This document shows, piece after piece, positions 1-8,272 of a DNA stretch of 64,000 bases; position 1 is the stretch's first letter, and each line of letters opens with the position of its first letter. The notes under the pieces were generated by a model. That model was not told the DNA's origin, ran no database searches, and saw only the letters and a list, made by a program, of their open reading frames with translations. The DNA comes from Elusimicrobiota bacterium (GTDB lineage Bacteria > Elusimicrobiota > Elusimicrobia > UBA1565), in NCBI GenBank assembly GCA_043827405.1, contig JBDRPD010000053.1, forward strand, positions 20,826-84,825, written 5' to 3'. The position numbers and the translations under genes were made by a program.

Positions 1-216
1 ACGGCGACCGCGACGCTGCGGCCGGCGTCGTGGATCCGGCGGATGGACTTTTCCAGGGCCCGCATATCCGGCAGATTGAAGTAGACGCTGTTGGAGCGGT
101 CATTGATCGAATTCCCGGGATGCACCACGCCGCAGTAGAAGCTGTCGGCGCCGGCCTCGATAAGCGGCGCCAGCTCGTCCGGATGGCGGAACGGGACATG
201 GATGCGCATCCCCATC
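1..216 (-). CDS. Partial CDS (N-terminal part only; the gene continues off the window start), peptidase U32-like
   Basis: Reverse-strand translation from ATG at about 216 gives MGMRIHVPFRHPDELAPLIEAGADSFYCGVVHPGNSINDRSNSVYFNLPDMRALEKSIRRIHDAGRSVAVA with no stop before the window edge. The pattern L.AP...AGAD.(F/V)Y.G followed by a hydrophobic beta-strand resembles the N-terminus of U32 family proteins. It is not in the ORF track because it runs off the edge. Confidence 0.4.
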
Positions 217-1399
217 AGGGCGCGAAAGCCTGTTCGCGGCGGTAAACTTCCACCGCCTCGGCGTCGGTCTTTTTGTACTCCGACTTCTTGCGGATGATCA
301 GACGCACGGTGCCGGAAACGCCGGCCGCCTCCGGCAGCTCGAACTCGCGGGCCAGCGGCTCGGACAGGCCGAGAGAAACCAGCTCGCCGGTGGGATTGGT
401 GGGCCGGACCGATTCCTCGCTGCGCCCGCTTTCCTTGGTCGGATCGTAGAGGCGCAGATCGGCGGCGAAAACCTCCCGGCCTTCGGGATCGAGAACTGCA
501 AAGCGCAGCAGGTAGATTTTGGGCGTATCGGGGAGCAGCGGATGCGGCATGAAGTCGGTCGGCCAGCGCACGGCCAGGAAATTGCGGCCCTCCCGCCGCC
601 GCACCTCCAGCGTCAGCGTGTCGAACATGGGCGCGATGACGTGCTTGATCTTCTGCGGGTTGGCGGACCAGTAATAGTAATGCGTTCCCCGGCCGTCCGG
701 GCCATGCTCCATATGGCATTGCTCGCAGCTCAGGTAGGGTTTCTGCCGCTGCGCCGGATCGAGCCGGAACTTCTCCGCGTATCCCTCGACGATGGTGCTG
801 TGGCAGCTGACGCAGTTGTAGATATGCGCGAACGTCGTCGACGGGATAGGGTTGCAGAAGCCTTCCGGCGGCTGGAAGCCTGCCGGCGGAGCGTAATCCG
901 GCCGCGTCACCACGCGGTCTCCCTTGCGGTGACAGGTGATGCAGTCGACGCCGCTGGTCAGCTCCAGCCAGGCCGGGCCGCCGAAGTCCTCGTACCTGAT
1001 CCGCGATTTCCCGTCCCACTCCGCCGGGATCGAGTCCTCGTATACGCTGCGGGACGGCGCATGGCATTCCACGCACTCCTGTTTATAAATCTTGATTTTT
1101 TTCTTGCGCTCGCGCTTGGACAGGCCCTCGGCGGGGCCGACGGAATCGCGCATCGACCGCGCCATCATCTCGAACGCATGCGCATGCGGCCCGCGCTTCC
1201 ACTGCTCATAGACGCGCGGATGGCAGGCGGCGCAGCGCTGGATATCCTGCTTCCTTTGCCGGTCCTTGCGCAGCACGGCTTCGCTGCGCTTATAGAGAAC
1301 GATGCCCGCGTCCTCGTCCTCATCGGCGAAGGCCGCGGCGCAGAGGAACGCCGCGATGCCGGCGCTCAATAGGCCGAGCCGCGCGCACCTCAGCGGCAT
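215..1399 (-). CDS. Multiheme c-type cytochrome (5 CxxCH motifs) with signal peptide and a non-heme C-terminal domain
   Basis: ORF 215..1618(-). The real start is probably the internal Met of MPLRCARLGLLSAGIAAFLCAAAFA (signal peptide; ATG at 1397-1399). Heme motifs: CAACH, CVECH, CITCH, CVSCH, CEQCH. It overlaps the stop of the upstream radical SAM gene by about 10 nt. Confidence 0.75.
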   Translation of the reverse strand: MPLRCARLGLLSAGIAAFLCAAAFADEDEDAGIVLYKRSEAVLRKDRQRKQDIQRCAACHPRVYEQWKRGPHAHAFEMMARSMRDSVGPAEGLSKRERKKKIKIYKQECVECHAPSRSVYEDSIPAEWDGKSRIRYEDFGGPAWLELTSGVDCITCHRKGDRVVTRPDYAPPAGFQPPEGFCNPIPSTTFAHIYNCVSCHSTIVEGYAEKFRLDPAQRQKPYLSCEQCHMEHGPDGRGTHYYYWSANPQKIKHVIAPMFDTLTLEVRRREGRNFLAVRWPTDFMPHPLLPDTPKIYLLRFAVLDPEGREVFAADLRLYDPTKESGRSEESVRPTNPTGELVSLGLSEPLAREFELPEAAGVSGTVRLIIRKKSEYKKTDAEAVEVYRREQAFAP

Positions 1400-2844
1400 C
1401 CCGCGCCCTCCCGCAGGCCGCCCAGCAGCCGCTCCGCCAGGCGCAGGGGAAAGCCCTTGCGCAGCGGCGCGCGCAGCAGCCGGTCGAAGCCGCCGCCCGA
1501 AGGCTGCAGCACGCCGCAGCGCAGCCAGTCGCGGTACGCCTGGCCGTAGCAGTGGCTGAAAAGCATGAACTCGGCGCGCCGCCGGAGCGCGCCCGCCAAA
1601 TGGCGGGAGCGGCGCCACGCGGCCAACGGCGAGTAGAAGCGCCGTATCAGCTCGCGGGCTCCCGCGAACAGCTCTTCCTGCCGCACGCCTTCGGGGACAA
1701 ACGTCAGGTGGTTGCCGTCGAAATCGGACAGCTTTTCGGATATGTAGCGGCCCTTGGTCCGCATCGACTTGTGGATGCGGGCGCCGGGATTGAAGGTCAG
1801 CCAGGTCAGCTTCAGCGCGATAATGCCTACTTCCTCGCAGAAATCGGCGAACTCGACAAAAGAGCTCCGCTCCGTACCGCTCAGGCCGAGGATAAAGCCG
1901 GTGGCGATCTCGATGCCGTGCGCCTGCGCGCGGCGGATGATGCGCCGGTACGAGTCGACCTTGTTCTGCGTCTTATTGACCGTCTTCAGCGCCGCCGGCG
2001 ACAAGCTCTCCAGGCCGCAGTACATGATCCGGCAGCGGCTCGCATGCAGCGCTTCGAGGACCTCGGCATCATCGAGCGTCTCCAGGCAGCACTCCCCCAT
2101 CCAGCCCGCGACCGAGGACTCTCCGAGCGTCCGCGCCGCCGCGAGCAGGTGCTCCTTGCGGCTGCCGATGTTGTAGTCGACGACGTTGACGAATCGGCGC
2201 CGGTTGACCCGCAGGTCTTCAGCCAGCGCGTCCATCCCGCGGTAGTCCGTCTTGCCCTGCATCATATGGACGAGGCAGAAAGTGCAGGCCTCGCCGCAGC
2301 CCAAGGCCGACTCGACCGGCGTCCCCATAAACTGCAGATAGCGGCCCGGATTCTCCACCAGGTCCAGAGCCGGCGGCGGCGACCCGTTGAAAGAGGCGGC
2401 CTGCTCGGCGCGGTAAATCCGGGCGAGCTTGCCGGCGGCGAGGTCGGCGAGAAACGCCGCGGCCTGCGGCTCGAAGCGGCCCTGCACCACGCTGTCGGCG
2501 GTCTTCAGGCATTCGTCCGGCAGCAAAGTCGGCAGCTCGCCGCCCCAGACGATTTGGATATCCGGATGCGCCGCGCGCGCCAGCGCCGACAGCTCTACCG
2601 CTAGGGGCAGGTTCTGCGCGCTCACCTTCAAGCCGCAGACCTGCGGGGCGTCGCCCCGTTCCAGCACCTCGCGGTATTCCTCGGCGGGCACGAAATTCAG
2701 ATCCACGATCCGCACATCACAGACATCGCGCAGACAGGCGGCGACGGCGGGCAAAGACAGGGACAGCCCCCCTTTGGGAAAAGTGGGCGGATCCAGCAGC
2801 AGGATCTTGGTGCGCGCGCGCGCTTGGCCGGACGGCATCTGCAC
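1390..2844 (-). CDS. B12-binding-domain radical SAM protein
   Basis: 484 aa. The N-terminal region resembles a cobalamin-binding domain (KILLLDPPTFPKGGLSLSLPAVAACL). The CGEACTFC segment is a CxxxCxxC radical SAM cluster motif. Same strand as, and overlapping, the downstream cytochrome c gene. Confidence 0.7.
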   Translation of the reverse strand: MQMPSGQARARTKILLLDPPTFPKGGLSLSLPAVAACLRDVCDVRIVDLNFVPAEEYREVLERGDAPQVCGLKVSAQNLPLAVELSALARAAHPDIQIVWGGELPTLLPDECLKTADSVVQGRFEPQAAAFLADLAAGKLARIYRAEQAASFNGSPPPALDLVENPGRYLQFMGTPVESALGCGEACTFCLVHMMQGKTDYRGMDALAEDLRVNRRRFVNVVDYNIGSRKEHLLAAARTLGESSVAGWMGECCLETLDDAEVLEALHASRCRIMYCGLESLSPAALKTVNKTQNKVDSYRRIIRRAQAHGIEIATGFILGLSGTERSSFVEFADFCEEVGIIALKLTWLTFNPGARIHKSMRTKGRYISEKLSDFDGNHLTFVPEGVRQEELFAGARELIRRFYSPLAAWRRSRHLAGALRRRAEFMLFSHCYGQAYRDWLRCGVLQPSGGGFDRLLRAPLRKGFPLRLAERLLGGLREGAGCR

Positions 2845-2889
2845 AGTATATCCATCCAGGCACCACTTGCGCCACTAGCGCGCCGCGCT

Positions 2890-3080
2890 CCGCTGAAAGT
2901 GAGCGGAAGCTGCAGGTGAAAAACGGCACTGTCTTCCCCGAATTCGATCCCTTGACGGATCACGGTTCGCCGTCCATCCGGTAATGAGGTTAGCTCGCGC
3001 GACCACTGATGATCCGTCAAGAGCGCAATTCCGGGCAAGGAACTGCCGTTCTCCGCAGGCAGATTCTTATCGGCACGATA
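2890..3080. repeat. Copy A of a dispersed ~190-bp intergenic repeat family; forms a long imperfect palindrome
   Basis: Shares ...aacggc(a/g)ctgtcttccccgaattc(g/a)atcccttgacggatc... and ggtaatgaggttagctcgcgcg with copies at 4608-4800 and 6222-6410. Internal inverted repeats: ttgacggatca ... tgatccgtcaa, and aacggcactgtcttcc ... ggaactgccgttctcc. Confidence 0.6.
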
Positions 3081-3099
3081 ATGCCAGAATGATCGCACC

Positions 3100-3181
3100 T
3101 ATTTATAGCAATTAAGTACTGGTAATAATGTATTTATTCTAGTATAATATCGATATATCGATATAATATCGGTATAGCGAT
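3100..3181 (+). promoter_or_regulatory. AT-rich promoter/operator region upstream of the XRE regulator gene
   Basis: Local AT-rich island in a ~70% GC genome. It contains two tataat hexamers and palindromic atatcgatat / atatcgatata motifs immediately upstream of the ATG at 3182. These look like sigma70 -10 boxes and an autoregulatory operator. Confidence 0.45.
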
Positions 3182-3958
3182 ATGGATATTGAGACCGCAT
3201 CCAAATACCGGAAGCACATCGGACAGAAAGTCCGGGAGCTTCGCCAACAGCGCCGCTGGACGCAAGCAGCGCTGGCGGAACATCTCGGCTTGTCTCAGAA
3301 CCGGCTCTCCGAGATCGAACGCGGCCAGGGCTCCTTTACCGCGGAGCAGCTCCTGATTATCATCCGGTTATTCAACGTCTCCTTCGATGACTTCCTGCCG
3401 AAGAAAAGAGGGCCCGCTTTATCGCGGATTCAGCAGGCGCTGGCCAGGCTGGGCGCGCGGCACCTGCATGAGCCCGAGGACGCGCTGCCTACCGAAAAGC
3501 TCGGCACCGCCCGCGAGCTCATCCGCGAGGTCCTGGCCTCGGCCGAGTCCGCGCGGCACATCACCTCTTTGGCTCCCGTTATCGTGGAGAATTGCTCGGC
3601 CCTCAATCTACCAGCACTGCGATACGAACTGGCCGGCCTGCGGCTGGACCGGCGCTTCGGCTGGCTGCTGCAAAACGTCCGCGCGGCGATAGATTTGGAG
3701 CTCAAATCCACCCGGCTCTCGCGCCAGTGGGTTTTCAAGTATCGCAAAGCCCGCAAGCTCCTCGACTTCTCGATCGATTACAATCCGCCCCCTCCCGAAG
3801 CGGCGGAAGATCTTTTCGATTCCGACGCCACCACCGACGAATCCGTTGAGGAAATCCGGCAGGAGCGCTCGACGCTGTCCGAGAAGTGGCGCATCCTGAC
3901 CCGGCTTAAGCCCGAAGATTTCGCGTCGGCGTTGAGGCAGGCTCGTGGCGAGGATTGA
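3182..3958 (+). CDS. XRE-family helix-turn-helix transcriptional regulator with an extended C-terminal domain
   Basis: The N-terminal segment QKVRELRQQRRWTQAALAEHLGLSQNRLSEIERGQGSFTAEQLLII is a classic Cro/C1-type HTH. 258 aa. Overlaps the downstream ORF by 14 nt. Confidence 0.8.
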   Translation: MDIETASKYRKHIGQKVRELRQQRRWTQAALAEHLGLSQNRLSEIERGQGSFTAEQLLIIIRLFNVSFDDFLPKKRGPALSRIQQALARLGARHLHEPEDALPTEKLGTARELIREVLASAESARHITSLAPVIVENCSALNLPALRYELAGLRLDRRFGWLLQNVRAAIDLELKSTRLSRQWVFKYRKARKLLDFSIDYNPPPPEAAEDLFDSDATTDESVEEIRQERSTLSEKWRILTRLKPEDFASALRQARGED

Positions 3959-4535
3959 AGATTTCCTGCGCGACATCGACCGCCGCTGGAAGCCCGGCGG
4001 CGGCAAGATCACGCTGCAAGTCCTGGGCTCCTGCGCCCTCATGCTCCAGGCCGACTACGAGCGCGGCACCAAGGACGGCGACGTCTTGGAAACGCGCGAG
4101 TTGACCGGCCCGATCAAGAAGCAGCTCCTGGATCTCGCGGGGAAAGGCACGGATCTCCAGAAGCGGCACCGCCTCTATATCGACATCATCACCGCGGGGC
4201 TGCCGTTTTTGCCGCAACGGCCCGCATTCCACCCGGCCAAGTCGCTCGACGACCTGCGCCACTTCCGCGTCGAGGTCCTGGACGCGACCGACGTCGTCGT
4301 CAGCAAGCTCAAGCGCTTCAAGCCCGACGATATCAAAGACATCCGCGCCATGGTCGTTGAATACGAGCTCGTTGATCATGCCCGCCTCCTGGAGCGCTTT
4401 CGCCGGGCCGTGGACTGGTTCTCGATGGACGCCCGCAGCGAGAGTTTTCCCAAGATAGTCAAGAACCTCAACACGGTCGAACGGGAGTACTTCGACGTTC
4501 CGCCCACCCCGGCAGAACTCCCTGAGTGGGGCTGA
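3945..4535 (+). CDS. Hypothetical protein, possible minimal nucleotidyltransferase fold, coupled to the XRE regulator
   Basis: 196 aa. The segment LQVLGSCALMLQADYERGTKDGDVLE fits the G[SG]x(9-15)DxD signature of polymerase-beta-type nucleotidyltransferases (MNT/abortive-infection-type). Overlaps the stop of the XRE gene. Confidence 0.4.
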   Translation: MARIEDFLRDIDRRWKPGGGKITLQVLGSCALMLQADYERGTKDGDVLETRELTGPIKKQLLDLAGKGTDLQKRHRLYIDIITAGLPFLPQRPAFHPAKSLDDLRHFRVEVLDATDVVVSKLKRFKPDDIKDIRAMVVEYELVDHARLLERFRRAVDWFSMDARSESFPKIVKNLNTVEREYFDVPPTPAELPEWG

Positions 4536-4607
4536 CGGGGCAATAGCCCGGGCCAATCTTGCCCCTGTTTCGCGCGACGTTGGCCCACATGGGGCGCGGT
4601 GCGCGGA

Positions 4608-4800
4608 GAAAGGCTTGGCTGATAGGAAGCTGCTGGCGAGAAACGGCGCTGTCTTCCCCGAATTCAATCCCTTGACGGATCTTCGGCGGTCTTCCATCCT
4701 GTAAAGATGTTCGCCTGCGCGGCGGGAATACGCCAAGGGCGGTTTAGATCGGCGGGAAACGGCGGCTGGAGCGGAACCAAGATACGTAACACCGATTATC
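4608..4800. repeat. Copy B of the dispersed ~190-bp intergenic repeat; 3' end carries a perfect hairpin ccaagata-N21-tatcttgg
   Basis: Begins (ga)taggaagctgctggcgagaaacggcgctgtcttccccgaattcaatcccttgacggatc. The last ~105 bp (gcgcggcgggaatacgccaagggcggtttagatcggcgggaaacggcggctggagcggaaccaagatacgtaacaccgattatcaatattatcttggag) are nearly identical to 6300-6410. Confidence 0.7.
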
Positions 4801-5027
4801 AATATTATCTTGGAGTACAACTGGGAGGTCGCGGAGATCTTGACCCAGCTGGCGCGCAAGGCGGGGCTGCCGTCCGACGGCTGGAAGGAGGGGGCGGAGT
4901 TCGAGGTTTTCGCGGCGCAGATCATTCCGGAGCAGGCGTTAAGCTGCTCCCAAATTCGCTCTTGCTGTCAAATTGAAAATCTAATTTACAACTTGACAAT
5001 ACCCGCTTCCCGCGTTATCCTTACGGT

Positions 5028-6221
5028 ATGATTCAGCGTTCCATAACTCCGAAGCTCGTCTCATTGGCCAAGCAGTTCCCCGCTATAGTGCTCACGGGGC
5101 CGCGGCAGTCCGGAAAGACCACCTTGGCGAAGATGGCTTTCCCAAAGTACGCCTATGTCTCCTTGGAAAATCTGGACAACCGGGACTTCGCGACCCGCGA
5201 CCCCCGAGGCTTCCTCGCCGAGTATCAGAAGCGCGTCATCATCGATGAAGCTCAGCGCGCTCCCGATCTACTCTCCTACATTCAGACCGTCGTCGATGAA
5301 GACGCCTCTCCGGGGCGCTACATCCTCACCGGCTCCCAGCAATTCAATCTGCTCGCGGGAATAAGCCAGTCTTTGGCTGGGAGAGCCGCATACTTGCGGT
5401 TGCTGCCTTTCTCCGTGTCAGAGCTCGCGGGCTCCAAGCCGGTCGACGCTTTCGCGCTTAGTACGCCCGATCACAGACCTCCTCCCAAGGGTCTGGCATT
5501 GGAAACAGTGTTGTTCCAGGGGCTCTATCCCAGGATATACGATCGCAAGCTGGCCGCGCGGGACTTCCTGGCCGCCTATATCGCTGCCTACATCGAGCGG
5601 GATGTCAGGGAAGTCACGCGGGTGGGGGACCTTTCCACGTTCCGGAGATTTCTCCAGCTCTGCGCGGGCCGGTCAGGGCAGATACTTAACCTATCCAACC
5701 TGGGGGCAGATTGCGGGATTTCCCATCCCACAGCTCGTCAATGGCTCTCTGTGCTCGAGGCCAGTTCAATCGTGGTCCTGCTCCAGCCGTTTCACAAGAA
5801 CTTCAACAAGCGCATCGTGAAAAGCCCGAAGCTTTACTTCCTGGATTCCGGCCTAATGTGTCATCTTCTGCGCCTGCGAGACGCGGATGATCTTCGGGGG
5901 CATCCGCTTTACGGCAGCATTTTTGAGACCTTCGTCATGTCGGAGGTTCACAAAGCCTTCGCCCATCTCGGCGAGTCTCCGCCGTTGTATTATTGGCGTG
6001 ACCGGACGGGACATGAGATTGACCTAATCGTGGAGAGCGGGCGTTCACTAACAGCCGTTGAGATTAAATCCGCCAAAACAGTATCTTCCGATTTTTTCAA
6101 GCAGTTGCGGTATTTCGCCGGCTTGAAAGGGGTTTCAGGGGATTCCGTCCTTGTATATGGAGGGGAGGAATCCACGAAACGCGAGGGTGTAAGAATCAGG
6201 ACATGGCATCAAGCCTCTTAG
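5028..6221 (+). CDS. AAA-family ATPase with Walker A motif and a DUF4143-like C-terminal region
   Basis: 397 aa. LTGPRQSGKTTLAK Walker A. The overall layout (ATPase core plus DUF4143-like C-terminus) is typical of the widespread ATPase/DUF4143 family. Flanked on both sides by the dispersed repeat. Confidence 0.75.
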   Translation: MIQRSITPKLVSLAKQFPAIVLTGPRQSGKTTLAKMAFPKYAYVSLENLDNRDFATRDPRGFLAEYQKRVIIDEAQRAPDLLSYIQTVVDEDASPGRYILTGSQQFNLLAGISQSLAGRAAYLRLLPFSVSELAGSKPVDAFALSTPDHRPPPKGLALETVLFQGLYPRIYDRKLAARDFLAAYIAAYIERDVREVTRVGDLSTFRRFLQLCAGRSGQILNLSNLGADCGISHPTARQWLSVLEASSIVVLLQPFHKNFNKRIVKSPKLYFLDSGLMCHLLRLRDADDLRGHPLYGSIFETFVMSEVHKAFAHLGESPPLYYWRDRTGHEIDLIVESGRSLTAVEIKSAKTVSSDFFKQLRYFAGLKGVSGDSVLVYGGEESTKREGVRIRTWHQAS

Positions 6222-6410
6222 GAAGCTGCTGGTGAAAAGCGGCGCTTCCTCCCCCCCATCGCTCCTTTGACGGATCACGGTTCGCCCTGCGCCCTGTAAT
6301 GAGGTTAGCTCGCGCGGCGGGAATGCGCCGAGGGGCGGCTTAGATCGGCGGGAAACGGCGGCTGGAGCGGAACCAAGATACGTAACACCGATTATCAATA
6401 TTATCTTGGA
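6222..6410. repeat. Copy C of the dispersed ~190-bp intergenic repeat with the terminal hairpin
   Basis: Starts right after the ATPase stop (ttaggaagctgctggtgaaaagcggcgcttcc...cctttgacggatcacggttcgccc...gtaatgaggttagctcgcgcggcgggaatgcgcc...ccaagatacgtaacaccgattatcaatattatcttggag). A gataggaag motif recurs about 25 bp downstream. Confidence 0.7.
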
Positions 6411-6457
6411 GCCGCGCTAACCTCGCTTCAGGATAGGAAGTCCCGTCGGCTCAGCCT

Positions 6458-7021
6458 CTAGCGGACCCGGCAGTTGACCTTTTCGCCGCTCTTTGCCAAC
6501 TCCAGGATCGCCTCCCCTCCCTTCATCCAGAAGGTCACCCCGTCCGCTGAGTACTTGGCACCCGATCCGGAAACGGCGCGGGGCAGGACATGCCGGGTCT
6601 TGCCGTAGCTCACGGCGAGCTTATCGCCGGGCAGCAGCTCCACGCCGATGAGGGCGCCGAAGGTCGTGACGTAGTCGAAGCCCTGAGGCACGGGCGTCTG
6701 ACGGGTGAGCGCGTACTTGCCGTCTAGTCCCCTGAATAGCAACAGCTCCATACCGCCGGCCCCGTCGCGGCCCCGGTAGTGGCAGACGAGCCGGTAGTTG
6801 ATGCCAGCGACGACCTGAGTGTGAACTTCGACGAGCTTCTCGCAGCGGAAGCCGCGCTCGGGGGCCTTCTCGTTGACCAGCCTTTCCGCGGTCTCCACGA
6901 TCTCCGCGAACTCGGCGGCGGAAGGGTCCTGCTCCGTGTAGCCGCCCGGCAGGGCCGCCATGGCGGACGCGGCCAGGACGCCGAGCAAAGACAGTCCGAC
7001 GCACGGCTTCCAGATTCTCAT
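6458..7021 (-). CDS. Secreted two-domain inhibitor-like protein: N-terminal cystatin-like domain (QVVAG) and C-terminal MliC/PliC-like lysozyme-inhibitor domain (SGSGAKY)
   Basis: 187 aa. Signal peptide MRIWKPCVGLSLLGVLAASAMA. The QVVAGINYRL motif matches the QxVxG cystatin signature. The C-terminal segment SGSGAKYSADGVTFWMKGGEAILE...C matches the S(G)SGA(K/R)Y hallmark of the MliC family. Confidence 0.55.
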   Translation of the reverse strand: MRIWKPCVGLSLLGVLAASAMAALPGGYTEQDPSAAEFAEIVETAERLVNEKAPERGFRCEKLVEVHTQVVAGINYRLVCHYRGRDGAGGMELLLFRGLDGKYALTRQTPVPQGFDYVTTFGALIGVELLPGDKLAVSYGKTRHVLPRAVSGSGAKYSADGVTFWMKGGEAILELAKSGEKVNCRVR

Positions 7022-7149
7022 GTCGCCTCCTTCACGTCTCCTTCAAGATGTTCCGCAAATAAGAATTGCAAGTAGGGACTTGCATCCTTAAAACCGCGCT
7101 GCATTATCCAAATCGCGTCCATTGAAACCGCAGCGAATCCGCTCCAGCC

Positions 7150-7200
7150 TGTAGAAAGCATAGCTCGCGCGGCGGGAATGCGCCAAGGGGGACGCCGGCA
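7150..7200. repeat. Partial copy D of the dispersed repeat (core atagctcgcgcggcgggaatgcgccaaggg)
   Basis: A 35-40 bp match to the central block of copies B and C. Confidence 0.45.
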
Positions 7201-7255
7201 CGGCGCTCTTGACGCCTCCGGAGAGATCGACTAACCTAGAAAGGCCCCTTCCCGT

Positions 7256-7444
7256 ATGATCAGCAAAGCCATCGGATTTGTCATCTGTCTATTCGCCGTG
7301 CTGCTGCCGTGGCGGCTGCGCATCCTGTTCGCCGAATTTCTCGGCTGGCTCACGCAGCTGATCTACTACACCTACTACGGCATCTTCAACTACATCCTCC
7401 GCGAACTGCGCAAAGCCGAGAGGGAGAGCAAGCGTGCCCGCTGA
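7256..7444 (+). CDS. Small hydrophobic membrane protein (62 aa)
   Basis: MISKAIGFVICLFAVLLPWRLRILFAEFLGWLTQLIYYTYYGIFNYIL: two predicted transmembrane helices. Its stop overlaps the start region of the PP-loop gene. Confidence 0.4.
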   Translation: MISKAIGFVICLFAVLLPWRLRILFAEFLGWLTQLIYYTYYGIFNYILRELRKAERESKRAR

Positions 7445-8264
7445 AGACATGGTCGTGCTCTTTTCGGGCGGGACGGACTCCACTTTGGCCGCCGCGCTGG
7501 CGGCGGAGAGCGGCCGCAAAATCCACCTGGTCACCTACGATCGTTTCGGGCTGTACTCCACCGGCAATACGCGGCGCGCGGCGCAAGGGCTGAGCGAGAA
7601 GTTCGGCGCGGATAAAGTCACCCATACGGTCCTGCGCTATGACGGCCTATTCCGCCATGCCTCCTACGAGCGCTATCTGTCGAACCTGACGCGGCACGGC
7701 TTCTTCGTCCTTTCCACCTGCGGCTTATGCAAGCTCGCCATGCATATCCGCACCATCGTCTATTGCCTCGATCATGGGTTCAAGAACGTCTGCGACGGAG
7801 CGAATAAAGGGATGGACCTTTTCCCCGCGCAGATGGACTGCGTCATCGACGAGCTCAAGAAGCTCTACGCCCGCTTCGGGATCGCCTATACCAACCCGGT
7901 ATTCGATTATGAGCCGCCCGCCGAGGACGGCTTTCTCGAAAAGGACAACCTGGCGCTGATCAAGCCGGCGCAGGAGGAGCCCCGCGCGGACGGAGAGAAG
8001 ACCGCCGGCCGCCGCCTGCGCGAGCTGGGGCTGGCGCCGGCCGACAATATCAAGGGAACCGCGTACGACCGCGAGCGGCAGCCCCGCTGCTTCCAATTCA
8101 TCCTGTTCAACGTCTTCGCCAAAAAGTACTATCTCGCGTCCCATTCGCTGGAGGAGTACCGGGAAGCGACGCTGGGCTTTTTCCGGGACAAGATCAGCCG
8201 CTACGCGGCGCTGCTGCTGGAATACCGGGAGTCCGGGGCGCATAAGGACATACTGAAATCCTAG
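7434..8264 (+). CDS. PP-loop superfamily ATP pyrophosphatase (adenine nucleotide alpha-hydrolase; QueC/LarE/TtuA-like)
   Basis: 276 aa. N-terminal VVLFSGGTDST matches the SGGxDS PP-loop motif. Central Cys cluster STCGLCKLAMH...CLDHGFKNVCDG. Confidence 0.7.
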   Translation: MPAEDMVVLFSGGTDSTLAAALAAESGRKIHLVTYDRFGLYSTGNTRRAAQGLSEKFGADKVTHTVLRYDGLFRHASYERYLSNLTRHGFFVLSTCGLCKLAMHIRTIVYCLDHGFKNVCDGANKGMDLFPAQMDCVIDELKKLYARFGIAYTNPVFDYEPPAEDGFLEKDNLALIKPAQEEPRADGEKTAGRRLRELGLAPADNIKGTAYDRERQPRCFQFILFNVFAKKYYLASHSLEEYREATLGFFRDKISRYAALLLEYRESGAHKDILKS

Positions 8265-8272
8265 AGAGCTCA

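Noticed and set aside
30-245. 71-aa plus-strand ORF at the window start
   Set aside because: It is opposite the better-supported partial U32-like gene on the minus strand. It has no RBS or motif support.
542-2604. Plus-strand ORFs 542-1372 and 1552-2604 opposite the cytochrome c and radical SAM genes
   Set aside because: They are antisense to genes with CxxCH and CxxxCxxC motifs, with low-complexity translations.
4810-5031. 73-aa ORF between repeat copy B and the AAA ATPase gene
   Set aside because: It starts inside the dispersed repeat terminus and ends 3 nt after the ATPase ATG. It has no recognisable domain and is possibly a gene remnant, which is not enough to call a CDS.
4960-5031. Candidate sigma70 promoter (ttgaca N17 tatcct) upstream of the AAA ATPase gene
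   Set aside because: The -10-like hexamer overlaps the annotated ATG at 5028, so geometry is wrong for this start. It is kept only as a remote possibility of a leaderless or alternative start.
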